Shown here in pieces: positions 39,884 to 48,846 of a stretch of DNA of 64,000 nucleotides. How positions within the stretch are numbered: position 1 is the stretch's first letter; each line of letters begins with the position of its first letter. A model generated the notes under the pieces. It made no database searches. It worked only from the letters and a program-made list of their open reading frames with translations, and was not told where the DNA came from. This stretch comes from an uncultured Verrucomicrobiae bacterium (GTDB lineage Bacteria > Verrucomicrobiota > Verrucomicrobiia > Chthoniobacterales > JAATET01), in the NCBI GenBank assembly GCA_963719495.1, contig CAVRCI010000008.1, positions 121,067 through 185,066 of the forward strand, given 5' to 3'. Both the position numbers and the translations under genes were made by a program.

Positions 39884-41395
39884 TTATTCCTGGGTGATCT
39901 CCCGGACGGTGATGTTGACCGTGCCGTCGGCGGTCTTTCGCACGTCGGTGATGAGGAAAGGGCGGTCGCCGCCGCGGGCGACGCGGTTGCCTTCGCCGGG
40001 TGGGCGGCTGCCGGCGGGAAATTCGACGATGACGCGGGTGTTGGCGGAGCCGGAGCTGTTGCGGAGGACGGCGCGGTTGGTGCCGGAGGCGGTGACGACG
40101 AAATCGCCTTCGAGGTAGACGGGGTCGCCGGAGACGGGTTGGTCGGCGAAGGCGGCGGATTCGCGGACTCCGACGAGGCGGCCGCGGGGCATGCGTCCGG
40201 CGGGATAGGTCTGCCAGCCGCCGGAGGCGGCGTTGGCGACGGTGGGCGGGCGGTTGGCCGCGGTGGAATTGAAGGGTTTGAGCGGGACGGCTGGGGGGGT
40301 GGGAGAGGGCGGGAGGGTGGGAGGGGGAGATGGGGAGGCGACCGCGACGGCGCTGCCACCGACGGGGACGGCGGGGCGGACGGGGACATTGGGGTCGTCG
40401 AGGGGAGGGAGCGGGGTGGGGGACGCCGCGGGAGGGGGCGGCGTGGCCTCGGCGAGGGGCGCGGGGGCGGGAGCTGGCTCGGGGGTCGCTCCGGCGAGGT
40501 CGGTGGCGGGCTGGATGCGGATGAGTTCGTTGCTGGGCGGAGGGGTGTCGGCGTTGGCGGCGGCTCCGGGTTCGAGGCCGGCTTTGCGGCGGTAGGTGGC
40601 GTAGCGGGCGTCGGCGTCGGTGATTTTGGATTTCGAGAGGATGGGGAGGCCGGCTTCGACGTTGAGGCGGGTGGGGGGCTCGAGGGTGAAGCTGCCCGGG
40701 CCGGACGAGGAGGTGTAGCTCGGATAATGGATCGGAATGACGGTGAGCTTGAGGCGGCCGTCGGCGAGCTTCTCGACGTTGGTGACGGCGACGAGGTCGC
40801 GGGTGCGCTGCACGGGGATGTCGAGGCCGGTGAGGAGGCTGCGGTGGAGGGCGGGGATCATTCGTTCCTCGGCGGGGAAGACGTATTCGATGAGGACGCC
40901 GGGATTCTCGGTGTCCTGCGCGAGGGCGACGACGCCGGAGTCGATGAAGTCGTCGGAGGTGAGTTGGAAGGAATCGAGGATGTTGAAGCGGCCCGTGACG
41001 TAGGGGATGAGGTCCTGGCTGTGCGCATAGTTCTCGAGGTATTTGCGGAGGAGGACGTTGCTTTCCTTCTGGAGATCGCGGGCGGTCATGGTGCCGTAGC
41101 GCTCGATGAGCTTGTCGGCGGTGAGGAATTCGCCTTTCGGGGCGGCGGTGTCGATGAAGCGCTTGGGCGGCTCGATTTTCTTCATCTTCTGAAGGATCGA
41201 GTAACTCAGGGGCTCTTCGGGGTGGCCGAAGACGTAGTAAGTGCCCATCCAGCAGATGAGGACGAGACCGACGAGGAGGACGATGAAGATGGACCAGCCG
41301 AGGAGGTCGGCGCGCTTCCTGGGCTCGGCGGATTTGGTCTTGAAGCCGCGGGAGGTGCTCCGGCGGGCTCCGTATTTCGAGCGTGGATCGGACAT
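39884..41395 (-). CDS. Hypothetical membrane-anchored protein with Pro-rich linker
   Basis: Basic N-terminus, one TM, globular domain, Pro/Ala linker, beta-rich C-terminal domain. Confidence 0.75.
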   Translation of the reverse strand: MSDPRSKYGARRSTSRGFKTKSAEPRKRADLLGWSIFIVLLVGLVLICWMGTYYVFGHPEEPLSYSILQKMKKIEPPKRFIDTAAPKGEFLTADKLIERYGTMTARDLQKESNVLLRKYLENYAHSQDLIPYVTGRFNILDSFQLTSDDFIDSGVVALAQDTENPGVLIEYVFPAEERMIPALHRSLLTGLDIPVQRTRDLVAVTNVEKLADGRLKLTVIPIHYPSYTSSSGPGSFTLEPPTRLNVEAGLPILSKSKITDADARYATYRRKAGLEPGAAANADTPPPSNELIRIQPATDLAGATPEPAPAPAPLAEATPPPPAASPTPLPPLDDPNVPVRPAVPVGGSAVAVASPSPPPTLPPSPTPPAVPLKPFNSTAANRPPTVANAASGGWQTYPAGRMPRGRLVGVRESAAFADQPVSGDPVYLEGDFVVTASGTNRAVLRNSSGSANTRVIVEFPAGSRPPGEGNRVARGGDRPFLITDVRKTADGTVNITVREITQE

Positions 41396-41409
41396 GGCGG
41401 TGGGTCGGT

Positions 41410-41772
41410 CTACGCGAGGGCCGGGGCGGCTTCGGACTCGGCGGCGTCGGGCGCTTCGAAGGAGGTGCCGCAGCCGCAGCTTCGGATGGCGCGGGGGTTC
41501 ACGATCTTGAAGCCGGCTCCGGCGAGGTCGTCGATGTGATCGAGGGTGCAGCCGTCGATGTGGTCGACGCTGTCGGCGGCGACGAAGACGCTGACGCCGT
41601 CGCGGTTGGCGGTCTCGTCGCCTTCGTGGCGGGCTCCCATTTCCATACCGTATTGCAGGCCGGCGCAGCCGCCGCGCTCGACGGAGAGGCGGAGCCCGTG
41701 GCCGTCGGGGGCGGATTTCTCCGCGAGCAGGCTTCGCAGTTGTTCCGCCGCGTTTTCGGTTATAGAGAGCAT
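41410..41772 (-). CDS. A-type Fe-S carrier (IscA/ErpA/HesB)
   Basis: GGCAGLQY, NP, SCGCGTSF. Confidence 0.93.
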   Translation of the reverse strand: MLSITENAAEQLRSLLAEKSAPDGHGLRLSVERGGCAGLQYGMEMGARHEGDETANRDGVSVFVAADSVDHIDGCTLDHIDDLAGAGFKIVNPRAIRSCGCGTSFEAPDAAESEAAPALA

Positions 41773-41876
41773 GGGGCAGTTTTATGGGTGGTCGGGTGCG
41801 AAGTCAAATGGTGCGGCGGGAAAACCGTGGGGTGGCGGCGCGCCCGGGAACCGGGAAGTCGGGGGGCTGACGGGCG

Positions 41877-43823
41877 ATGGGACGGATTCTGCGATTGCCG
41901 GAGAAGGTGGCGAGTCAGGTGGCGGCGGGGGAGGTCGTGGAGCGGCCGGCTTCCGTGGTGAAGGAGCTCGTGGAGAACGCGATCGACGCGGGGGCGACGC
42001 GGGTGGACGTGGAGTATCGGCGGGGCGGATCGGGCTATCTGGCGGTCACGGATAATGGGCGGGGGATGGACCGGGAGGATGCGGTGCTGTGCCTGGAGCG
42101 GCACGCGACGAGTAAAATCCGGACGGGGCGGGATCTGGAGACGGTGGCGACGTTTGGGTTTCGGGGCGAGGCGGTGCCGAGCATCGCGAGCGTGTCGAAA
42201 TTCCGGCTGGTGACGCGGGAGACGGGGGCGGCGGAGGGAACGGAGGTCGCGGTGGCGGGTGGGAAGATCGAGGCGGTGCGGGCGAGTGGCGAGGCGGATG
42301 GGACGCGGATCGAGGTGCGGAATTTGTTCTTCAATTTGCCGGCGCGGCGGAAATTTCTGCGCGGTGAGCGGACGGAGGCGGCGCACATCGAGCAGGCGTT
42401 TCTGGTGGCGGCGTTGGCGAATCCGGGGGTGCGGTTCTCGCTCACGCGGGACGGGAAGCAGTCGCGGCTGCTGGCGGCGGGTGGGGATCTGCGGACGCGG
42501 GTGCGGGATCTGAGCGGGGCGGAGTTTCTGCGGACGTTGTTCGAGTTCGAGGAATTCGCGCACAATGGCGTGACCTTCTCGGGATTGCTGGCGAGGCCGG
42601 GGCACGGGCGGGGGGATCGGTCGCAGCAGTTCTGGTTCGTGAACGGACGGGCGATCGTGAGCGGTGCGTTGTCGCAGCCGCTGAAGGAGGCTTACGGGAC
42701 GGCGCTGCCCAAGGGGATGCATCCGGCGGCGGTGGTGTTCGTGCGGATGGACACGAAGGAGGTGGATTGCAACGTGCATCCGGCGAAGCGGGAGGTGCGG
42801 TTTCGCGATGGGATCGGGGTGCGGGAGGCGGTGGGGGCGTGCGTGCGGGCGGCGTTGGCGGGTGAGGTGAAGGTTCGCACGCAGAGCACCGGAGGCTGGG
42901 AAGCCTCGGGGCAGACTGGTCCGGCTCCGCGGAACAGCCCGGAGGGCGGAGCCGTGGGAACGGCAACGGCAACCGGGAGCGAGCGAGTCAATCGCGGAGG
43001 CGCGGAGGGTGACGGTAAAGCGGGCGGGAGGGCGGGAGGGGGAGAGGGGGGGATTGGTGATGGTTCTCACGCGAAGCCGCGAAGCCGCGAGGGAAGGGTG
43101 GATGCGTTCGAGAAAGACGAAGATAAGAATTATGAGAAAGAGGGGGGCGGGGCGGAACCCGTTCGTCGGGAGGTTGAACTTTTTGTCGAAACCGTGCGGC
43201 GGGGGGAGCGGTTGGTGGAGCCGGCGTTGCACGCGGATTTGGCGGCGACTCCGGAGCGGTTTCGGTTCGTGGGGCGGTTGGGGGAGCGGTTCGTGGTGAT
43301 GGAGGATGCGGCGGGGATGGTGCTGCTGGATCATCGGGCGGGACGGGAGCGGATTTGGTACGAGCGGACGCTGCGGCGGATGGAGTCGGGGGAGGGTGCG
43401 TCGCAGCGGTTGCTGCTGCCGGCGGTGGTGGAGTTGGCTCCGCGGGACGAGGCGTGGGTGCGGGAGAACGCGAAGTCGCTGGGGCGGGCGGGGATGCTGG
43501 TCGAGCCGTTTGGGCGGGGATCGGTGAAGGTGGATGGGGTGCCGCCGCTGCTGGCGGGGGTGGCGGCGTCGGAGGTGCTGCTGCGGTTGATCGACGACGG
43601 GCGGGCGAGCGGGTCGACGGGGCGGGCGCGGGCGGTGGAGGAGGCGATCGCGCGGTCGGTGGCGCGGTTTGCGCCGGCGGAGGATTTGCCGGGGGATACG
43701 GGGGGGCTGCGGGGGTTCCTGGCGGAGCTGATGGCTTGCGATCTGCCCTACACTTGTCCGAGCGGGAAGCCGACGCTGGTGCACCAGTCGTTTGGAGAAT
43801 TGGAGCGGAAATTTGGGCGATGA
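41877..43823 (+). CDS. mutL: DNA mismatch repair protein MutL
   Basis: AAGEVVERPASVVKELVEN, RHATSK, GFRGEA, NVHPAKREV, C-terminal YTCPSGKPT. Confidence 0.96.
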   Translation: MGRILRLPEKVASQVAAGEVVERPASVVKELVENAIDAGATRVDVEYRRGGSGYLAVTDNGRGMDREDAVLCLERHATSKIRTGRDLETVATFGFRGEAVPSIASVSKFRLVTRETGAAEGTEVAVAGGKIEAVRASGEADGTRIEVRNLFFNLPARRKFLRGERTEAAHIEQAFLVAALANPGVRFSLTRDGKQSRLLAAGGDLRTRVRDLSGAEFLRTLFEFEEFAHNGVTFSGLLARPGHGRGDRSQQFWFVNGRAIVSGALSQPLKEAYGTALPKGMHPAAVVFVRMDTKEVDCNVHPAKREVRFRDGIGVREAVGACVRAALAGEVKVRTQSTGGWEASGQTGPAPRNSPEGGAVGTATATGSERVNRGGAEGDGKAGGRAGGGEGGIGDGSHAKPRSREGRVDAFEKDEDKNYEKEGGGAEPVRREVELFVETVRRGERLVEPALHADLAATPERFRFVGRLGERFVVMEDAAGMVLLDHRAGRERIWYERTLRRMESGEGASQRLLLPAVVELAPRDEAWVRENAKSLGRAGMLVEPFGRGSVKVDGVPPLLAGVAASEVLLRLIDDGRASGSTGRARAVEEAIARSVARFAPAEDLPGDTGGLRGFLAELMACDLPYTCPSGKPTLVHQSFGELERKFGR

Positions 43824-43878
43824 AGTGGCGTCTCGATTTTCGATTTTCGATTTTCGATTGGGGTGAGAGAGTGCGCTG

Positions 43879-44337
43879 ATGCACGAGAGCTTGAGGATCG
43901 AACCGGCGACATTGGATGACCTGCCGGTGTTGGCGGACCTTCTGCACGATCTGTTCACGATGGAGTCGGATTTCGTGCCGGACCGTGACAAGCAGGTGCG
44001 GGGTCTGAAGTTGATCCTGGAGGATCCTTCGCGGGGGCGGATTTTTGTCCTGCGTAACGACCATCTGATCATCGGGATGATCAATCTGCTGATCACGATC
44101 AGCACGGCGGAGGGCGGGTTTGTGATGCTGCTCGAGGATCTGGTGGTGCACGCGGATCACCGGGGTCAGGGGCTGGGTTCGAAATTACTCGAGCACGCGG
44201 TGGATTTCGCGCGGGAGAAGAAATTCCTGCGCATCACTCTGCTGACGGATCGGGCGGATCAGGGTCCGATCGACTTTTACTGTCATCGCGGGTTCGTGCC
44301 GAGCGACATGCAGCCGCTGCGGATGGTTTTCAGATGA
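43879..44337 (+). CDS. GNAT N-acetyltransferase
   Basis: LEDLVV, HRGQGLG, FY..RGF. Confidence 0.9.
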   Translation: MHESLRIEPATLDDLPVLADLLHDLFTMESDFVPDRDKQVRGLKLILEDPSRGRIFVLRNDHLIIGMINLLITISTAEGGFVMLLEDLVVHADHRGQGLGSKLLEHAVDFAREKKFLRITLLTDRADQGPIDFYCHRGFVPSDMQPLRMVFR

Positions 44338-44388
44338 AATTTGAAATTTGAAATTTGAAATTCGGAATGCGGAAATGCGGAGTGTGAA

Positions 44389-45078
44389 ATGGTGAGCGGT
44401 GGGGGCGAGGGCGATCTGGGATTTGCGAAGATCGACGTCGAGCGGCGGGAGCGTTGCGGGCGGGCGGAGGTGATTTATTGTCCGGGGAAACTGGCGGACG
44501 AGGTCGCGGAGATCGCGGTCGGGCTGCGGGCCCGGGGTGAGGTCGTGCTGGCGACGCGGGCGACGGTGGAGCAGGCGGGGGCGGTGCGGGCGCGGTTGCC
44601 GGAGGCGATTTTTCACGAGCGGGCGCGGTGCGTGACGTGCGGGGTGGCGGAGGTGTCGGCGGGACGCTGGGCGGTGGGAATTCTCAGCGCGGGGACGGCG
44701 GATCTGGCCGTGGCGGAGGAGGCCGGGGTGACGCTCGAGGCCTTTGGCCAGCCGGTGGAGCGATTTTACGACGTGGGTGTGGCGGGGTTGCACCGATTGA
44801 TGGGGCAGCTCGAGGCGGTGAAGCGTTGCGGGGTGTTGATCGTGGTCGCGGGGATGGAGGGGGCGTTGCCGAGCGTGGTGGCGGGGTTGGTCGACATGCC
44901 GGTGATCGCGGTGCCGACGAGCGTGGGATACGGCGCGAATTTCGGCGGCCTGGCGGCGCTGCTGGGGATGCTGACGAGTTGCGGGAGCAAGGTGACGGTG
45001 GTGAACATCGACAATGGATTCGGGGCGGCGAGTGCGGCCGACGCAATTCTCCGGCTGGCGGGTCGCGGTGGGAGTTGA
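44389..45078 (+). CDS. larB: Nickel-pincer cofactor biosynthesis protein LarB
   Basis: AGTADLAVAEEA, DVGVAGLHRL, AGMEGALPSV, VPTSVGYG, VVNIDNGFGA. Confidence 0.9.
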   Translation: MVSGGGEGDLGFAKIDVERRERCGRAEVIYCPGKLADEVAEIAVGLRARGEVVLATRATVEQAGAVRARLPEAIFHERARCVTCGVAEVSAGRWAVGILSAGTADLAVAEEAGVTLEAFGQPVERFYDVGVAGLHRLMGQLEAVKRCGVLIVVAGMEGALPSVVAGLVDMPVIAVPTSVGYGANFGGLAALLGMLTSCGSKVTVVNIDNGFGAASAADAILRLAGRGGS

Positions 45079-45109
45079 TTTTCGCACACAGGTCCCGCAT
45101 GTTGGGCTG

Positions 45110-46885
45110 ATGCGTTCCCTCGTGTTTATTTCGGCCGCGGCCGGGTTGATTGGATTGGCGGTTTCCGCCCGGGCTCAGACTCCGGCCAAGCCGGAAAAAA
45201 AACTCCCGTTCAGCGTGGCGAACGGGGGCTTCGAACGCTCCTACGGGGTCGAGAATCCCTGGACGGGGGTGAATTCCAAAGGAAAGCTCGACTCGTTCCG
45301 GGCGGCGGTGCCGGTGTTGACGGAGTCGGGCGCGATTGGGAAGACGCCGATGCCGGTGTCGGTTTCGATTTACGACATGAACAACGACGGTCTTCAGGAC
45401 CTCGTGGCGGCGGATCCGAAGGGCTACGTGCGGATCTACTTCAACTCGGGCACGCCGACGGAGCCGAAGTATCTGACGGGTGAGTTGGCGCAGGCTTACC
45501 TCGGACAGCCGGTCGAGGCTTTCGCCGAGCGTGATTACACGCGGCTCGCGCCGCGGGTGAGTGTCGTGAACCTCGGCGGGGCTCCGCAACTGCTCTTCGG
45601 CAATTATTTTGGCGAGATTTTCGTCTTGCCGAACAAAGGATCGATTCTGAAGCCGTCGTTCGAGCAGCCGTCGGATCTGTCGCGGTTGATGATCCCGACC
45701 GCTGCCGAGGGAAACGCCCGTTGGGGCAACGTCTTCGCGCCGGTGATGGTCGATTGGAACGGCGATGGGAAGCAGGACATCCTGATCGGCGAGGGGTCGT
45801 ATTCCGCGAACAACATCCACCTCGCGATCAACGAAGGGACGGACGGATCGCCGAAATTCTCGGAGACCAACCGGCACGTCATCGCCTACGGAGACGGGCG
45901 GGAGCAACTCACGCCGGCGGTCGTCGACTACAACGCCGACGGGCGGCTCGATTTGCTCATCGGCGGGCGGGACGGAAAGATCGGAGTCTACCTCCAGACG
46001 GACAAAAAATGGGAGCCCGGCGTCGAGCTTCCGTTTGCGTCGTTCCTCTCGGGTGGCGGCAAGCCGATGGCGGCGCGCGGGATCGCCACGGTCGCCGTGG
46101 GCGATCTGAACGGCGACAAGAAATTCGACGTCGTGGTGGGTCAGGCCGACGGCAACATCTCCTACGCACTGAACACGGGGACTCCCCAGGAGCCGAAATT
46201 CGACGCGCTCGCGGAGTTCGGCGGCGCGACGCCGTTCCCGGCGATGCGGTGGCCTTCGGGTTGGGACGTGGCGCTGGGCCTCGAGCGTGGGAACAACCTG
46301 GCCTTCGCGTCCGTCGTCGACGAGGAGCCGTCCGAGGGCAAGAGCTGCCTGAAGATCGGCTACGTCCCGAATCCGAATCAAATCATGCCCAGCCCGGTGA
46401 ATAAATTGTCGGCCCGGGGGAATTTCGATCTCGAGAAGGGCTACAACGGAAATTTTTCCGCGGGGGAGCTGGTGAGCCAAGCACCTTCGAACCTGATCAT
46501 GCTGAGGCAGCGGACGCCGTCGCGCCTGAAGATCGGGGATTCCTACACGCTGAGTTTGATGGTGAAAGGCGACAAGGTCGACGACGCCGAGCTGGCCGTG
46601 ATCTTCGATCAGAGCGAGAAACTCGGCGAAGACCAGATCGTCCGCGGCGAACGCAACCGGGCGACCGTCAAACGAAACGTCGAATTCGAGCGCGTTCGGG
46701 AGTCGGCTGATTTCTCCGTGGGCTCGGCCTGGCGCGAAGTGAAGACGACGTTCACGCCGCGGTTCAAGAGCCGGGTGCTCAACGCTCTCGACGCGACGCG
46801 CTCGGTCGACATCGAAATCATCTTCTCGTTGCAGCCCGGTGAGGGCGTGATCTACATCGACGACGTGAAGTTGACCAAGAATTGA
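45110..46885 (+). CDS. Secreted FG-GAP/VCBS repeat protein
   Basis: Signal peptide; DMNNDGLQDL, DWNGDGKQDI, DYNADGRLDL, DLNGDKKFDV. Confidence 0.85.
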   Translation: MRSLVFISAAAGLIGLAVSARAQTPAKPEKKLPFSVANGGFERSYGVENPWTGVNSKGKLDSFRAAVPVLTESGAIGKTPMPVSVSIYDMNNDGLQDLVAADPKGYVRIYFNSGTPTEPKYLTGELAQAYLGQPVEAFAERDYTRLAPRVSVVNLGGAPQLLFGNYFGEIFVLPNKGSILKPSFEQPSDLSRLMIPTAAEGNARWGNVFAPVMVDWNGDGKQDILIGEGSYSANNIHLAINEGTDGSPKFSETNRHVIAYGDGREQLTPAVVDYNADGRLDLLIGGRDGKIGVYLQTDKKWEPGVELPFASFLSGGGKPMAARGIATVAVGDLNGDKKFDVVVGQADGNISYALNTGTPQEPKFDALAEFGGATPFPAMRWPSGWDVALGLERGNNLAFASVVDEEPSEGKSCLKIGYVPNPNQIMPSPVNKLSARGNFDLEKGYNGNFSAGELVSQAPSNLIMLRQRTPSRLKIGDSYTLSLMVKGDKVDDAELAVIFDQSEKLGEDQIVRGERNRATVKRNVEFERVRESADFSVGSAWREVKTTFTPRFKSRVLNALDATRSVDIEIIFSLQPGEGVIYIDDVKLTKN

Positions 46886-47844
46886 TGCCGGATTCCCGCG
46901 TTCGCACGGCCTTCGTGATGGGGGCGGGGCTGGGGTCGCGGTTGCGGCCACTCACCGACTCGCGCCCGAAGCCGCTGGTCCCGATCTTCAACAAGCCGTT
47001 GGTGACCTTCGCGCTCGACCATCTTCTTTCGGTGGGCGTCGAGCGCTTCGTGATCAACACGCACCACCTGGCGGAGCGGTGGGCGGAATTTTTCCCAGGT
47101 GGGACGTATCGCGGGGCGGCGGTGGAGTTTGTTTACGAGCCGGAGTTGTTGGAAACCGGCGGCGGCATCGCGAACGCCGCGGAGCGGATCGGGGACGAGC
47201 CGTTTTTCGTTTACAGCGGCGATGTGCTGACGGACGTCGATCTGGGGCGGCTCGCGGAGGAGCATTTCGCGAGGGGGAACGACGTGACCGTGGGCTTGCG
47301 CCAGACGGGTTTGAGTACGGCGATCGCGTGTTGCGACGGGCGGGTGGTGGATTTCAAGGGCCGCTACGGCGAGGTGGGTGAATACGATTTTGCGAACGTG
47401 TCGGTGTGGACGCGGGAGGCGGTCGGTTGGTTGCCGGCGGTGGACAGGAAAGCGCCATTCTTTCCGGTGCTGGTGGATCGGCTGGCGGTGGGCGGTCGCG
47501 TCGGTGGCGTCGTGCTCGACGAAAACGAATGGTTCAACGTCGGGACACGCGAAGAGTATCTGCGGGTCCACCGAGTGATTGCGGAGTCGGGTTGGCGGCC
47601 GGCTTATCTGGCGGCTGGCGACGCCTGGCCGGTGCGGGTCGATCCGACGGCGGAAGTCGCGGACGACGCGGCCGTGGACGGGGCGACGATCGTGGGGGCG
47701 CGTTCGCGGGTGGGTTCGGGCGCCGATCTGCGCGGCTGCGTGGTTTGGAATGATGCGGAGATCGGGGCGGGCGCGGATTTGGATCGCTGCGTGGTGCGGG
47801 ATTTTCAGGTTGCCACCGGGACGCGGGCGGGAGAGGACCTTTAG
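46885..47844 (+). CDS. Sugar-phosphate nucleotidyltransferase (MurU-like)
   Basis: GAGLGSRLRPLT..PKPL, INTHHL, LETGGG; adjacent to an amgK-like kinase. Confidence 0.85.
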   Translation: MPDSRVRTAFVMGAGLGSRLRPLTDSRPKPLVPIFNKPLVTFALDHLLSVGVERFVINTHHLAERWAEFFPGGTYRGAAVEFVYEPELLETGGGIANAAERIGDEPFFVYSGDVLTDVDLGRLAEEHFARGNDVTVGLRQTGLSTAIACCDGRVVDFKGRYGEVGEYDFANVSVWTREAVGWLPAVDRKAPFFPVLVDRLAVGGRVGGVVLDENEWFNVGTREEYLRVHRVIAESGWRPAYLAAGDAWPVRVDPTAEVADDAAVDGATIVGARSRVGSGADLRGCVVWNDAEIGAGADLDRCVVRDFQVATGTRAGEDL

Positions 47845-47856
47845 CCGATTTTCCCG

Positions 47857-48846
47857 ATGCCGCCTGATTTAGTGATTTCCGAGACGCGCGCGCGTTTTCC
47901 CGACCTGAACGCCGCCGCCTTCCACGTTGATCCGATCGAGAAGGGCGGGTCCGGGCGCAAATATTACCGGCTCGCGACCGGGGCGGACTCGTCGATGATC
48001 GTGGTGAAGTATTCGCCCGAGCGGACGGAAAATCGCAAATTCGTCGACCTTGCGACGTTCCTCGACGGAGCCGGTGTGCGGGTGCCGCGGATCTTTCTGC
48101 ACGATGCGGAGGCGGGTCTCATCTGGATGCAGGATCTGGGATCGGAGGATTTGTGGAGTCTGCGCGACGAGCCGTGGGCGGTGCGCGGGGCGGCCTACCG
48201 GTCGTCGATCGACGCGGTGTTTGCTTTGCACTCGGAGGCCACGCGGGCGTTCGAGGCCTCGCCGGTATCGGTCGAGCTGGAGTTCGACGCCGCGCTTTAC
48301 CGCTGGGAGCAGGGGTATTTCGTCGAGCATTGTTTGGGCGGAGTCTTCGGGTTGGGGGCGGAAGAGCTGGCGCGTTGCGCGGAGCTGCCGGTGATGGGCG
48401 CGATGGCCGAGCGGCTGGCGACCGAACCCCGGGTGCTGGTGCACCGGGATTTTCAGTCGCAGAACGTGCTGGTGTCGGAGGGTCGGGCCTGGCTGATCGA
48501 TTTTCAGGGCCTGCGACCCGGCCTCGCGCAATACGACCTCGCGTCGTTGCTCTACGATCCCTATGTCACGCTGACCGACGGCGAGCGGACCGAGCTGCTG
48601 GCTTACTACCGGGACCTTGCGGCCGGGCGGGGGGTTGCGGTCGATGGTAACTTCGAGGAAATCTTTTGGATGTGCGCGGCGCAGCGATTGATGCAGGCGC
48701 TGGGAGCTTACGGGTTCCTGGGATTGCAGCGGGGCCAGCCCGAATTCCTCGCCTCCGTCCCAACCGCCCGTCGGTCGCTGACCGAGGTCGTCGCCCGCAT
48801 TGAAGGAATGAACGAACTGAGCCAAATCCTCGAAAAACTCCCGTGA
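47857..48846 (+). CDS. Anomeric MurNAc/GlcNAc kinase AmgK-like phosphotransferase
   Basis: GGSGRKYYR, QDLG, HRDFQSQN, IDFQ, YDLASLL, QRLMQALG. Confidence 0.85.
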   Translation: MPPDLVISETRARFPDLNAAAFHVDPIEKGGSGRKYYRLATGADSSMIVVKYSPERTENRKFVDLATFLDGAGVRVPRIFLHDAEAGLIWMQDLGSEDLWSLRDEPWAVRGAAYRSSIDAVFALHSEATRAFEASPVSVELEFDAALYRWEQGYFVEHCLGGVFGLGAEELARCAELPVMGAMAERLATEPRVLVHRDFQSQNVLVSEGRAWLIDFQGLRPGLAQYDLASLLYDPYVTLTDGERTELLAYYRDLAAGRGVAVDGNFEEIFWMCAAQRLMQALGAYGFLGLQRGQPEFLASVPTARRSLTEVVARIEGMNELSQILEKLP

